This document shows, one piece after another, positions 13,233 through 26,733 of a DNA stretch of 64,000 nucleotides. Source of the stretch: Curvularia clavata (taxonomy: Eukaryota). Made by a program: the position numbers and the translations under genes. The stretch spans positions 3,286,001 to 3,350,000 of the forward strand of contig CP089276.1 of assembly GCA_023920165.1 (NCBI GenBank), given 5' to 3'. Within the stretch, counting starts at the first letter, position 1. Every line of letters starts with the position of its first letter. Below the pieces are notes generated by a model, which searched no databases, had not been told where the DNA came from, and saw only the letters and a program-made list of their open reading frames with translations.

Positions 13233-14858
13233 ATGCCTAAAAGATCGACCGGTTGCTTTGAATGCAGAAAAAGAAAGGTCCGCTGTGATGAAGCCCGGCC
13301 AGAATGCAACACTTGCTTGAAGCGCGGGACGAAATGTCCTGGTTACCGGCCGACGCAGGCTTTCATCCTCCATGAATTTGACACGAGACGAGAGAAGCCC
13401 GCGTTAATCAAGGAGGACGAGAACCGCTACAAATTCGCCATTGAATCTTCCCCCAGCTCACAACAGTCTAAGCAATCCCAAGGACAGCTTGCAATCCGCG
13501 TAGAGGGGGTCCGGTATGAGCCAATAGGCACGCACATTCCCAAACAAGTCAGCTCGGTTCCTGCAGAACGTATTCAACATCTCGGCACTTTCATTGCGCT
13601 ATACCTTCCCAAGGCTGAAGGCCAGGCGTTACCAGGGCCTTCAGCTCTCATGCTTGGCTTGCCTAACCTGCCTGCTAACAGCCCGGTTCTTGAGGCAGCA
13701 ATTGACGCGCTGTCTGCGGCCCAGCTGGCTGTCGACAAGAAAAACTCACCCCTTGTCCATCGTTCACGGTCGCTCTATGGTACAGCACTAAGTCAGATGC
13801 TGCAAGCTATCCAGGATCCAAAGACAGCCCTTCAAGACGAAACGCTCCTGTCTACATATCTGCTCTCGCTATACGAGGTAAAAAAATTCTAAATATCTTT
13901 GTGTAACATGCTTATCATTGACGTGTCAAACAGGTGTTTGTTGGTGTCGCACGGGGTCATGGGTTCTTTTACCATACCCAAGGACTTTTGCACCTTCTGA
14001 AGCAGCGCGGTCCAGCTTCTTTTACGAGCAGATTGAGTATGCAAATCTACCACGGGATACGATACAATTCGGTATGACGACGCCAACCTCCCTCAATTTT
14101 GCCACTTTGCTAAGTTCTCCTAGCTAAGCATTGGCTTCCTAATACGAAAGGCCTCAATGCTGGATACTCCCGAATGGATGACAGTAACAGCCCGAGCAGC
14201 CAAGGTCGATCCTTACGTAGCACTCATCGACATTGTCGTAATGATACCACGCCTTTTGGAACGCACTGACAAACTCGAAAGGCCAGACTGCCCCAAGGAA
14301 GAAATCGACAGCCTGATAGAAGACTCACAAAAGGTCGCTAGCCGTGCTTTCGATTGGATTTCCAACTTTGAAAGGCACGGTCCACGCTACAACAAGGTCG
14401 AACTTGCATCCATGGACGGCTTCGTGGACATGTGCGACGACCCAGTCTTCGACCCAGTCTTCGAGTTCCACTACTTTGGCGCGGGGATCTGCTACGAAAT
14501 CTACTGGACCAGCATGCTGATCATGCAAGGCAACACGTTCAAGCTACTCCAACAATACCGGCAACTCGAACCCAAGCAACTCATGACATGGGGCCGCCAA
14601 CTCGAAAGTTTCGCCGATTCTATCTGCCGAGGCATACCATACAACTATCGACCCAATACGGGGTATGCGGCGAAGTTCGGTTCCTTGACGCCTCTCATTG
14701 TCGCGAGGAAATATTACGAAATGACGGGTGCAACTGCTGCCGCGGCGTGGTGCAGCAAGGTCTATACGCGTGGAAGGGTGCCCGAGCTCTACGAGGCACC
14801 TGACAATCCGTTGGAAGATGTCAAGAATACTGTCAAGGATAACCCACGGTATATTTGA
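13233..14858 (+). CDS. Zn(II)2Cys6 transcription factor; exons 13233-13877, 13934-14071, 14124-14858
   Basis: CFECRKRKVRCDEARPECNTCLKRGTKC; two GT-AG introns keep the frame. Confidence 0.92.
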
Positions 14859-15492
14859 AGCTCCCGAGCTAGAGCGACAACGGCAATACGACATAGATCG
14901 TAGGTGTATCCAGCTCAGAGGACGCCTTAGTCCTTATCTCCTTGAATGGGAGGGTGTAAGGATGTAACCAGACTCATGCTCTGGTTGGCATCGCGCTCAC
15001 CAGCACATAGGTTTTTGGATGTCCTGCTATGCAATACATGGCATAACATCGGCCGCAAGGTATCAGGAACCTAATGTTGTCAAGTAGATGGGACCTGGAA
15101 TGTTCGTCGGACAAACAACATCAATCGCCAGCTTTAGAGGCACGAAGACATCGTGCTTGGGCAATTGGTTGAGCAACTCGAAAGCGTACGAGTGGCTATT
15201 AGGCCTAAACAACCACAGCGATGCTGGCGACGAATCAAGTCCCGCTTGGCTTGCATTTTCCAACCCATGGAAAGGCTAGAGACTGGATCAGGCTGGCTGT
15301 GCGAAGAAGTAAAACCCAGGGCTTCTTAGAGCCCTGGTGTAAGGAAATATAACCTTATATCTATATCCCCTGATATGTTTCTCTCGAAATTTTCATTATT
15401 CGTTAAAACGAAGTATACGAAAATCATGTATTTACAAGTTCATATAAATATCCCACACTGAAAAGAAGAAGTAAAAACACCCACCTCTTCCT

Positions 15493-16554
15493 CTAACCCT
15501 GCAATTGCGTAACCAACTTACCCTGGTTGCCACCCTTAAACAACAACGTCCATGTCTTGGGCACATCCTCGAACTTCGTTGGCACCACCGTCTCCGTCTC
15601 TGGACCCATCTGAATCTTGCCCTCCTTAGCCGCCTTGACAAGTTCCTGGACGAACGCACCCGCCTTGCCGCTCTCAACCGCATCCAGCACGATGAACCCC
15701 TTAATCTCAATTCGATTGCTGATAATCTCAAACCAATTCTTGACGGCAGCCTCGCCAACAGAGTTGTACGTTGCGACAGCACCGCAAGCAGCAATGCGGC
15801 CATGGCGTTTCATTCGCCCCAGCATGAGCGACAGGATATCTCCGCCGACGTTGTCGAAGTAGACTTCTACAAAGCCCTCAGTCGCTTTCTTGAGATCCTG
15901 CTCAAACGACGGACTCTTGTAGTCTACGCATACATCCGCACCCAGACTCTCCACCCAGGCGCACTTCTGCGGTCCGCCCGCGATACCAATGACGCGCTTG
16001 CATCCAACGACTTTCTTCGCGAGCTGCACGACCATGGAGCCCGTGGCGCCAGCGGCACCGGAAACGACAACGGTGTCGGACGGCGAGGCGCGCGCAATAT
16101 CGATGAGGCCGTAGTATGCTGTTAGACCTGTGCCGCCGAGGGCACCGACGAAGTGTGTAGGACGGATTCCTGCGCTTTCATCTGCGTTGATGGGACGTAC
16201 GGCTTTGGCGGGCATGACGATATACTCAGTCCAGCCGAAGCTGCCCATAACAAGTTGACCGGGCTTCAGGTTGGCGGCGTTGGAGGTGACGATTTCGCCT
16301 ATGCCACCGGAGCGCATTACTTCGCCCACCTTCACTGGAGGGACGTACAGGCGCTCGGGCTCGATCGTGGGGTCAAGCCAACCGCGCTGGGCAGGGTCGT
16401 TGGAGAAGTAGAGTAGCTTGATGAGGACTTCATCGGGTCCTGGGGCGGGCAGTGTCGTCGTTTGCAGCTTGAAGGTTGCGTTATCTCCCTCTACCACAGG
16501 TTCGCCGCTGGGAGGGTTGCTGAGGATCCATTGGCGAGTCTCTTGGCCTGCCAT
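15493..16554 (-). CDS. NADP-dependent oxidoreductase (prostaglandin reductase/LTB4-DH-like MDR)
   Basis: SNDPAQR, GLTAYYGL, SGAAGATG, YFDNVGG and GGNQGKLV motifs; single exon. Confidence 0.92.
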   Translation of the reverse strand: MAGQETRQWILSNPPSGEPVVEGDNATFKLQTTTLPAPGPDEVLIKLLYFSNDPAQRGWLDPTIEPERLYVPPVKVGEVMRSGGIGEIVTSNAANLKPGQLVMGSFGWTEYIVMPAKAVRPINADESAGIRPTHFVGALGGTGLTAYYGLIDIARASPSDTVVVSGAAGATGSMVVQLAKKVVGCKRVIGIAGGPQKCAWVESLGADVCVDYKSPSFEQDLKKATEGFVEVYFDNVGGDILSLMLGRMKRHGRIAACGAVATYNSVGEAAVKNWFEIISNRIEIKGFIVLDAVESGKAGAFVQELVKAAKEGKIQMGPETETVVPTKFEDVPKTWTLLFKGGNQGKLVTQLQG

Positions 16555-17176
16555 TGCAACGGTTGTGAAGCTTGTTTGTATAAACTAGTAGCTTTGAAAG
16601 GAAGTGCTGAGAATAGCGCGATGGTTGACGTCAGATAGTAGGTAGCTGAATCTAGCAAATCCAGAGCGGCCACCACCACCCCTTATATAATAACGAGCTT
16701 CATCCTGTCAAGTGTCAACGGAGCTTCTACGGTGATCCAAGGTTATCCACGCCTTCAGATGTAACAGCGTACCACGGTAGACTAACTTCATCTAGTAAAC
16801 ACCGAGGTGTAAACCTTTGCGGTGAATCTCGGCTTCTCTTAGAAAGCCCATTTTTTCTGCCCACTTGGCTGTTTTTACACTTAGTGCGATCGAGTGATCG
16901 AATCATTGAGTCCGATATTCGTCCAGATCTTGACACGATGACGCCTGGTCACCGCTTTGAATCACCTGGCTATCGCGGCGCCAGCATGCCCGCGCGGGGT
17001 GGGTTGATGGTGGAAGGTTTAGATGCGGGAGCTTGGAGCTCACGTAGTGTGGGGTCATGGCTACATGATTCGCGATTGCCGCATGATGAATCCATACAAC
17101 AGTACGTTGGATATGGCTCAATTGTTGGCTATTTGCCCTTATAGAGTATCTAAGGATAAGGACGAATATTCATCCC

Positions 17177-19236
17177 TTACCACTTGCCACCCTTGCCCTT
17201 CTTCTTGTTCTTGCCTTTATCAGCACCACCCTTCTTCTCCTGAGCAGCTGGAGTGCCCTTGTCGTCTGCTACCACACCTCCCTGAGTCAGGCCGTCCATC
17301 TTCTTCTTTCCTTTTCGTCCTTTGGGACGGTAGTAGCTCCTATCACGCATTGGGAGCCACCTCTCAGGGTCCATCTTCTTGCCTTCTACAAAGTCTTTTG
17401 GCATCCTTGCCTTTCGTAACTTCTTGGCTTTCGACGGCGCGACATTGGTTGGCGCAAGGCCGCGTTTCCGTGATGCAGCTGCAAGGTTGACTGAGGTAAG
17501 GTTGCCAAGGGGAACGCCAGCCTTTTCGAGTTCAACAGCGTCAATGTCTGACACTAGGCGGTTTGCCTCTGGCAAGTATGCTAGAAGATCTGCCGGTATT
17601 GAGGCAGGGTCTGTTATACTGTACGCTGCGACCAGACCGGCAATGGCTGCTCTGTCTTCGCTGTCTTGATCATACAAGCCCTTGAAGATCTCCCCTGCAG
17701 ATTTAACATTATCCGGGTTGTGCGTATCAAGGAGTGCTGTGCCAGCAGCGACCATAAGAGACTTGGAAGGTGCTTCTGTCTTTGACTTGTGGGGTTTCCG
17801 CCAATACTCAGCTGCTTTGGCTAATTCGTTCTTTGATGCACCTGGACGTCCCTGCTGCGCGTACAGCGAGACGAGTGCCGCAATGAGACCTGGCGCAAAG
17901 CGTACATCGAGATCAGATGCGGAACCACTCTGTTCTAAACGCTTGAAGAAAGATTCAAGAAGGTGTGTCGCAGCGGCGTAGTTGTTTGTGATTACATAAA
18001 GCTGTGTGATTGTGAGTATCAGGCCAACGTCATTTGGCCTCTTCTCGAGCAGAGGCAATATTTCTTTCAAGGCAGCTTTCTCTGTGCTTGTATTTCTGGC
18101 GTGTGCGGCCGCATTGAGAACAGCAGCCATGTTGACTGCTGGAGCTAGTGATGGGGCTGGAGTTCCAGAGATGACCTTTTGGGTAGATTCAGCAACACCT
18201 GCCACCTTTTGCGATAGGAGCGAGATGACATATTCGTCTTCTCGGAGAATATTCGACTGGTAGGAGAAGAGCTGGTCGGTGGCTGGGGGTTGGGGCGACG
18301 AGTGGAATAAACGATGCGAGAGGTAAGGGTTTGAGTGCTCTTTTGAGGCAGCGATGCTGTTCACTTGAGCAATGTAACGGGTGGAAAGTTCCTTGATACT
18401 GCTGATGTTAGCAATTACACGACAACTTGACTGGGACTCCATACTCAGCAAAAGGAATCTTTGTAGCCAATTCTTCAGCCTCGTCAGTCTTGCCTAGCTG
18501 TATCAAGACGTAGACTTGTTGCACGGTGATTGGCAGTAGTTCAGCCTGCTTCTCTTCCTCACTCATATCCGAAAGCGCATTACACAAATCTTTTGCCCGC
18601 TTCAAACAGACTTGCGCTTGCCCGAACTCGTTGCGTGAGATACTGCCGCATGCCGCGTTGAATGCCGTCTCGAAAACTTCCAAATCCTCTCGCGTGGGCT
18701 GCTTCTTCTGGGCCAGCTCGCCCTGTCCTGTCCATTCCAATTGTGCGTCTACGGCTCCGGAATTGATTCGGATATCATACTCCTCGTCCTCAACGTTTTG
18801 GTCTGCGAGTTCCTTGTAGATTCTTGTCGCCTGGGCGAAGTTCTCGGAGCGGTACGCCTGGATTCCATTAGCCACGTGTGCGCATCCCCGTATATCTGGC
18901 ACGTACAGCCTGAGCGAGCATGTGCTTCATTCCACGGCTGGAATTTTGCCCTGCAGCCTGTGCCACTTCTACAGCCTTGGCCGCATTGCCCGTCTTGTAG
19001 AGTGCATACGCATATTCGAATTGCGCCTTCTTCTGTACTTCGGGCGCAGCCTCGAACACTTGCAAGGCGTCCTCGTATCGGTCTAGGTGTAGAAGCGCCA
19101 CAGCTTTGGTATGCTGCGCATCTTGATCGTTCTTGGACTTTTTGAGCGCCGCATTGGTAGCTTTAAGGACTTCGTCGTGGTCTTCAATCGTCGTTTGCGC
19201 AAGCAATGTCGCGAGGTCTCTCGTCGAGGTGGCCAT
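17177..19236 (-). CDS. SRP72: signal recognition particle subunit SRP72; exons 19236-18907, 18857-18445, ~18401/18398-17177
   Basis: N-terminal TPRs; C-terminal DPERWLPMRDRSYYRPKG..TQGG RNA-binding motif. Confidence 0.93.
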
Positions 19237-19659
19237 CTTTGATTTGCGCCTTAATTTACCATCCGTCAGGAGAGATCACTGGGACTTTGGACGGAATGGG
19301 CGGCGCTGGCGGGGCGAGTGCGGAGGTCTTGGTGAAGGCACGCGGGGGTCTGAAGGTGGGATGGGGCACGTACCTACTAGAAGTTCGCCTAGGCTTTCGG
19401 TGGACCGAAATGGTCGGAAGAACTACCTCCAATACAATAACTCTGATAAATTCACGAGACGAATGCGAATGTATCTGCAAAGCAAGTTGTTTGAAAAAAG
19501 AGCCACCAGCCAAATGCAAACACATATAGAAGGCAAGTTGTTTCATTATATAATATTACAAGATATCTATACTACTCTGGTAATTTAGCTTGTGACTTGA
19601 AGTATGTTCTTTTTATCCGACTATTTCGGCTCCAAAACGCCAACGCTATGCAATAAATA

Positions 19660-20988
19660 TCAATTCACATCCTCAAACTCATCTTCTTCACTTTCATCTC
19701 CGCCATTGGATGCGGCCGGAGTGATCACAGCTGGGGTTGCTGCAGCCGAAGGCGTAGGAGCAGCCGATGATTCCAGTTTCACTCGTTTTGCGTCTGGAAG
19801 AGGATTTGGGGTCCCGACATCTACGTCTTCGAATTCATCCTCGTCCTCGTCTTCTTCGTCATCGTCTTCTTCCTCTTGTTCCTTCCTCCGACGCTCAGCC
19901 TCGATCTGGGCGAAGACCGCGTCAAGATTCTGATTGCTGGCAATAGCATCACCACCCTCAGTCTTGATACTGGGCGTGTCTGCCCCGTTGTCCTCTTGCT
20001 TGATAGCTGTAGTATTTCCAGCCGCATCTCGGATAACAGTAGACTGGGTGTGCCATGAAGGCAACTGGTTTTGCATGGAAATTTTCTCTTGGCGAGCCTT
20101 CTCTGCCATTCGCTGTTTCTCGTTTTGCTCAGCGCTTGAACCAATCTGTACGTTGATCTTCTCTGGGCCTGTATCGATGCCCTTCACTGCGGTTGGTCGC
20201 AGCACAGTTGTCTCTATAACCTCAACCTGAGTACCTGGGTCGACATTCCTGTCACGAGGGAGCTCGATTCTTTCACTGATGATGTCCGCTGGCTCCATTG
20301 CTGGGAGACTGCCCATGCTCTCGATCTCCTTCATTGTCTCAATGAGTGGGCCAAACAGTTTGTTGAATTTAGCAGGGGTATCGTCGATATCGTCCGCTTG
20401 AGCGTCAGGATCGATCTCATCCAGTCGGAATCCGCACCTCGCGCAAATGAAGCCACTATCGTCTGGTCCAGGATTGTCGTCCGGGTGATCAAGTGCTTGC
20501 ATAGTTGTGTACGTAGATTTGCACCGCAGGCATTTAAACTCGGGCTTCTCGGTCGTGGGCTTCGCATCCCTCTTGATGCCCTCGTCAATCTTGTAGATTT
20601 TGTACTTGATGGAGTCGACCGCGTGGCGCCAATCAATATAGAAGAACTCTCGACTGGATGCTTTGTTCGCGCCTTGGCGCATGACATGTTGAGTATACCT
20701 GAGCCTGTGAGCGGCAGTCGTAGACAGCGTCAAAGGTGCTTACGATGAACACAAACCCGCTTCTCTCAGCTTGCCCGCAACTTTGCTCACATGTTTCGAG
20801 TTCTTGCCTGCATCCAGAATGATGGTCATGTCGGCTACGGGTAGTGCGCCATGGTAGCAGAGGGCGTCCATAATCACAATATGTTCGGTCTCATAGAACA
20901 TGCGGACTACGGTCCGCAGCAACTGCTTCACTACTTGTACGGGATCCTTGGCGCGCTTTTCTACCGGGTCCTTCATTGCGACACCCAT
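19660..20988 (-). CDS. TFA1: TFIIE alpha subunit; exons 20988-20744, 20698-19660
   Basis: LLRTVVRMFY winged helix, FFYIDWRHAVDSIKYK, CLRC..CARC zinc ribbon, QNQLPSWH, EDEFEDV acidic tail. Confidence 0.9.
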
Positions 20989-21869
20989 GCTGGCGAAGTG
21001 TTTGCGAGCGCCTGTTCGATATTGTCCGATGCGGCAATGCCTGCACAGATTTAGAGGACTGTGGCAGATACGACGAGTTCTGCCAGCACTGTTGGGGAGA
21101 GAGAAGCGGTCGTGGGAAGAGGAGGTGAGTGCGGTATCAATGTCCCAGGCAGAAAGCTGGAGCAAGCGGTGGTGCAGGCGGTGAGTTACATCTGCCGCGA
21201 CTAGTAGTACCAAAACCGGAAAACCAAAACACCGAGCTCACCTGCAAAGACAAGGCAACGACACAATGAATACGAAACAACTCTGACAACTGCAGCTGCT
21301 TTCAAAGGTAGAGTCGTACGTCATAATCCTAAACATCTGGCTATATTGAAAGGTAACAATCCTACCAAAATGTACTTCGTAGGGTAGTCCACCATTTCCA
21401 AGTTTTTGTGATCTAGGACAGGTACCGCCTTTTACATGTGAGGACTGCCGGATTCTTTTGTATTTTATCCAACAACTATCCGCATATAAGCCGATGTGAC
21501 AGCGAGTTGGCATATGAGAAGATGAGGCGTAGTATCGATGTACAAGGCAGAAAGCTGGAGTAAGCGGGGGCGCCAGCGGTGGGTTGTACTTGATGGTTAG
21601 CATATTTGATGTGACTCGCTATCGAACCTTTGTTGGACCAGACTTCGAGCAGGTCAAGACTCTTATTTTTCTGAACAATTTCGCAACCATGATTGGTATA
21701 TATGGTGATTCTGTACGGCATTGGATCCGAATTGCTCACCTAGTTCGGCTTAGCTTCAACCTGCAGTACCTGCTGTGCCAAGCCTGGAGCTCCGAGAAAA
21801 TGGGAAACTGCGTCCCCACAATTAAACATAACCTGTAGCAGCACACACCTTCTCTCGATTCCATACTCC

Positions 21870-23892
21870 ATGACCGGTTGCCTCCTATTCTGGAGCAAAC
21901 TTTCGAAGAGACTTTCGCGACAATGTCTGACAACGAAGGCCCCCGCCGCGACCAGGATTCGTCGAATCGCGACAGGAGCGACAAGAAACGCAAATGGGCA
22001 GATCGCGATCGCAGAAATGCTTCGAGGGGAGGCGGTGGGCGCCAGCACGGCAGCCGTCCGAACAAGAAGAGAAATATGGGGCGTAAGGACTATAAGTTAG
22101 CGATCTCCCACCCTACCAATGTGCGTGTCTAACTAAACAAGTTCCTCTCAATTAGACCGACGAGATCGCAATACCGAGCAGCAAGCCAAATATAAAGAAC
22201 AGGATGAGAAGGGCGATGAGCGACCTGCTTTGCCTGCCGCTTTTCCTGCAGAAGAGGTCGAGGCCGAGGAGCGCAGACCGAAGCGCAAAGTCGCAGTCAT
22301 GATCGGTTATTCAGGCACTGGCTACAAGGGCATGCAGATCGACTACAAGCAAAAGACAATTGAAGGCGACCTGTTCAACGCGTTTGTCGCAGCCGGCGCA
22401 ATCTCCAAAGCGAACGCATCAGACCCTAAGAAATCATCCCTCGTACGTTGCGCTCGTACCGACAAAGGTGTACATGCTGCCGGCAACGTCGTGTCGTTGA
22501 AGTTGATTATTGAGGATGAAGATATCGTCGAAAAGATTAACAGTCACTTGTCCGACCAGATCAGGGTGTGGGGTATCCAACGAACAATCGGCTCTTTCAG
22601 CTGCTACCAAGCCTGCGACTCAAGATGGTACGAATACCTGATTCCAACACACTCGTTCCTTCCCCCGCATCCTTCGAGTTATCTGGGCAAGAAGCTGGAA
22701 GAATATGCGGAAAAGGAGAATGATCTCGAGGGTTACCGCCAGAGGCAAGCCGAAGTCGCAGACTTTTGGCCCAACGTTGAGGAGAAGCACATTAAACCTA
22801 TACTAGAGTCTTTAGATGACTCAATACGACCACTGGTCCTGGAGGCGCTCTACAACATTGATGCTGTCGACGCACAGCCAGGGGAGGATCCTGTCATTGA
22901 CGCCTCAATCGACAATGCTGCCGAAGAAAAGAAACCCGTGAACACCGAAGCAGCCGAGGAGACCGTAAAGCCAGATGGAGGCGAGGCAGACACTAGCGAA
23001 CAGCCTGCAGATGAAGTCAAGCAAACCATCGATGCGATACAGCAAAAAGAACCTAGCATCACCCTGGATAGCTCCACTGATGGTTCGCGCCCCCTGCCCG
23101 AAGGCGTAGTGAACCAGCCGGTCCTGGAAGAAGCCATCAAAACGCTCAAAAAGGCTTACATCGATGTAAAGAAGGCTTACCGTATCTCCCCCGAACGACA
23201 GGCCCGCGTCCAAGAAGCACTGGACAAATACCTTGGAACACACAAATATCACAATTACACTGTCCACAAGAAGTTCAACGACAAATCAGCCCAACGCTAC
23301 ATCAAAAGCTTCAAGGTCGCCCCCAAGCCCATCATCATCAACGACACCGAATGGCTCAGCCTGAAGGTCCACGGTCAAAGCTTCATGATGCATCAGATCC
23401 GCAAGATGGTCGGCATGGCCGCACTAACTGTACGCTGCGGTACTGATCTTTCCATCATGGACAAGAGCTTCGAGAACAACGTCGTGCGCATCCCCAAAGC
23501 ACCCGGTCTAGGCCTGCTCCTTGAGCGACCCGTCTTCGACTCGTACAACGCCAAATTGGCCAAGCAGCACAACCGTGATCCAATCGATTTTAACAAGTAC
23601 AACGACCAGATTGAGGCTTTCAAGGAGCGTGAGATTTACCAGCGCATTTTCCGTGAAGAGGCACAAGGAAACCAGTATGTCTTTTTTCCGACTCAGCTGT
23701 TTGAAGAGTATACTGATCATGTCTAGGTTCAACACGTTTTTCACTCACTTGGATAACTACAAGGATCCTCAGTTCCTTTACTTGACGTCTGGGGGCATTG
23801 AGGCGACAAAGACAAAGCGTGAAGACAAGTCCGAGCAGCGCAAGTTTGAAGAAGACTCGGAGGATGAAAATGCCAGTGGTGGAGAGGGCTAG
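21870..23892 (+). CDS. PUS1: putative mitochondrial Pus1 isoform from an upstream ATG in a different frame; exons 21870-22095, 22156-23674, 23727-23892
   Basis: ORF 21870-22100 is presequence-like; the same donor (22096) spliced to the TAG acceptor at 22155 joins the catalytic frame (A|AC CGA CGA GAT). Confidence 0.6.
21923..23892 (+). CDS. PUS1: tRNA pseudouridine synthase Pus1 (TruA family), putative nuclear isoform; exons 21923-22095, 22142-23674, 23727-23892
   Basis: GYSGTGYKGMQ, catalytic RTDKGVHA, GQSFMMHQIRKM, PKAPGLGLLL; N-terminus carries KKRK and NKKRNMGRK. Confidence 0.9.
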
Positions 23893-24248
23893 TGAGTCTC
23901 ACAAAAGGTAGTGTTTGAGTTTGGGCTACGAGATGTTGGCATCTAGCATTGTGATACCCACGTAGACGGTATATGCATATTATGGATGACTTATGAATGT
24001 CAAAACAGAAAACGAGCCGCATCCCCGAAACCTTTTGGTAGGTACTTGCAACATCACAACACGAAGTTTATCGCAAAAAAATAAAATGCAAATCAAAAGG
24101 TTTCGTTCGTGACGAAAAGTTCACACGCCCCCAAGCTGTTTACACGCAGGTACAAGCCTCTAGATCCTAGAATTACAATTCCCTCATTCCTTGCACCAGA
24201 TGCCCATGCCTCGTGTGCCGGAACCCATAAATCTCATGAAAAAGGACT

Positions 24249-25759
24249 CTATGCAGTCCTGGCGACAGGCTTCTTCTCACCACCCATGTCGTGCTCAGTG
24301 TAGTAGAAGTTCTCCTCGGGAATGCGACCCCTAAGGAACTCAGGCTCGGAGCCGCGGACGTAGATGTCCTCGAACAGGACCTTGCCAGTGGGCTCGGGAA
24401 CGGCCATGTTCTCAGCCTCGGCGACCTCAGCATCGACATCGGAGCGAGCCTGCTTGTCAATGGACTTGAGCTCCTCCTCGGAGGTAACGCCCCAGTCAAG
24501 GAGCTTCTGCTTAAGACCGGCAATGGGGTCGTTTGTGCTACGCATGCGCTGAATCTCCTCACGGGTCTGTCGTATATGTTAGTATTTGAAAACTGCCTCA
24601 GCTCCTCAATAAACTTACGCGGTATGTGGTTCCGGGGTCGGACATGGAGTGTCCTCCGTAACGGTAGGTGACGTATTCGTAGACGAGAGGACCCTTGCCA
24701 GCGGCGGCGTACTCCTTTCCGTACTTGACAGCGGCCTTGACAGCGAGGACATCCATACCGTTGATCTTCAGACCAGGGATGTATTGACCACGCTTGTAGT
24801 AATCGGTGAGGGCAGAGGAGCGGTTAGCAGCAGTACCCATACCGTACTTGTTGTCTATGTCAAGTTAGTAGACTTCACATTTATTTGGGTGGTAGTTACG
24901 CACTCTCGCAGCCAAAGATGACGGGCAGGTTCCAGAGCTTAGCCATGTTGAAAGCCTCAAAGACCTGACCCTGGTTGGAAGCGCCGTCACCGTAAAGGGC
25001 CAGGGTGACGTTCTTCTTGTTGGTGTACTGGCATGCGAAGGCGATACCAGCGCCAACAGGAACCTGGGCACCGACAATACCGTTTCCACCGTAGAATCCG
25101 GGGGCGAACATGTGCATGGATCCACCTTTTCCGTACGCGATACCCTCTCTTCTGCCGAGCAGTTCACCGATGATGGACTTGACGGTTGCGCCGCGCATCA
25201 GAGCGAAGCCGTGGCAGCGGTAAGCGGTGATGAGGTGGTCGGCACGCTCAATAGCGTGTTCGATACCGACGGCAACGGCCTCCTGACCGGTGGACAGATG
25301 GCAGAAACCCCGGATCTTCTTCTCCTTGTACAGTCTGTCGGCGGCCATTTCCATACGTCTGTTTCCGGTGTTAGAAGGTCATCATCTGCAGACATATCGA
25401 AATTCGGAGTTTCCATACCGGACGGCGACCATGTCGTAGTACATCTTCTTCAGCTCCTGCTTGGTGACGTTCAATGTGTACGGCGGCGGGTCCAGTTCGT
25501 ATGTCTCGAAGGCCTCGTCCGAGAGGCGGATCTCGAAGGGCTGGTCATCGGCCTACAAGCGGTCAGTGATCCATTGCATGGTCTACAGCCTCTCAATTGA
25601 CCGTCTCAGAGGGATTCTTACCGCAGGCACATTGGCCGGGTCGGTATGCGATGAAGCCGCGTCCGTGGTGACCGACCTGAAGGCGGGGCGCGCAACAGGG
25701 GCAATGACATTGCGCCTCAAGGGCGACGCAATGCTCCGCCTAATTGTCCTGGACAGCAT
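24249..25759 (-). CDS. PDA1: pyruvate dehydrogenase E1 alpha; exons 25759-25622, 25552-25419, 25358-24904, 24854-24619, 24566-24249
   Basis: [39 protein letters not shown]; four GT-AG introns; mitochondrial presequence. Confidence 0.96.
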
Positions 25760-26733
25760 TGTGGGAGGCGAGCAGGATGTGGGAGGGGTGAAGTCGGGGT
25801 TGACTGTCGGTGGTGGTGTTGATTCGAAAAGTTGCTCAGCTCCGCCAGCTCGGGGATCCGCTTTCGCGCTAAGCGATTAGGCTCCGCTCAACGCCAAATC
25901 TCATCTCGTCCCGATCTTCTCCGACCCAACAACATCTCGGAATATGTGCCCTCAACATCCGCTTAACAACGCCTCTCAGGCCTTTGATACTTTCTGCTCG
26001 GTAGATGTGTGCTCTATGTGTATCATGTGTTCATCAACGAACAAACCGACGATTCATACCGGGTATCGCAAATACCGTATAAATATTCCCGGCCCCCACC
26101 TCAGCGAAAAGCAAAGGCCCCGATGCAACATCCGAAGTGAAGGCCGAACTGCATCATGTTATTCAGAAAGAGAGAATGAAAATTCATTCGTATAGCGAGA
26201 TTCTAGAAATGGAGCATGGACTTCGACATATTGAGCGATACTTAGAAGGCTCTTTTCGTAAGAGATGAGTGTGGCGGGGCTACGCACTTCGTCGTCTGCG
26301 CTTCCACCCCATTTACAGACTTGCCGATACTGATACTTCAATTCTTCGTACATACAATCTGCCTATGGATTTGTTAGCCGACTTGCATGAACTACTAGGC
26401 CTAGTCCGGGTCTTACCAACCGCGCGCGAATGTAGACGCTTACAAGGCCATGGATAGGATTCAGGAGAGGCTTTTGAAACGTCCCCGCATCTCACCACCG
26501 CCCAATCGAAGATATGAGTCTGGCGCTTAAAGAACGAGGCGACGCTCAACTCGTAGACGAAAGTGTCCTGAAATAGTTTGAATATCTTCAAATAATAGAA
26601 AGATCAATTATCATCAGGTCGCTGTGCTCTTCAGATCTTCTCTTGTTCAATTTCATCACTCCGAAATCTCCTCAAATTGTCTTTGAAAATTCCAATCTTG
26701 TGACTGAGCTTAACCTCCGGAAGATTTGGCCAA

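Noticed and set aside
15315..15337. CCAGGGCT..AGCCCTGG hairpin between convergent genes
   Set aside because: Single 8-bp stem, compatible with chance; intrinsic terminators are not expected for Pol II.
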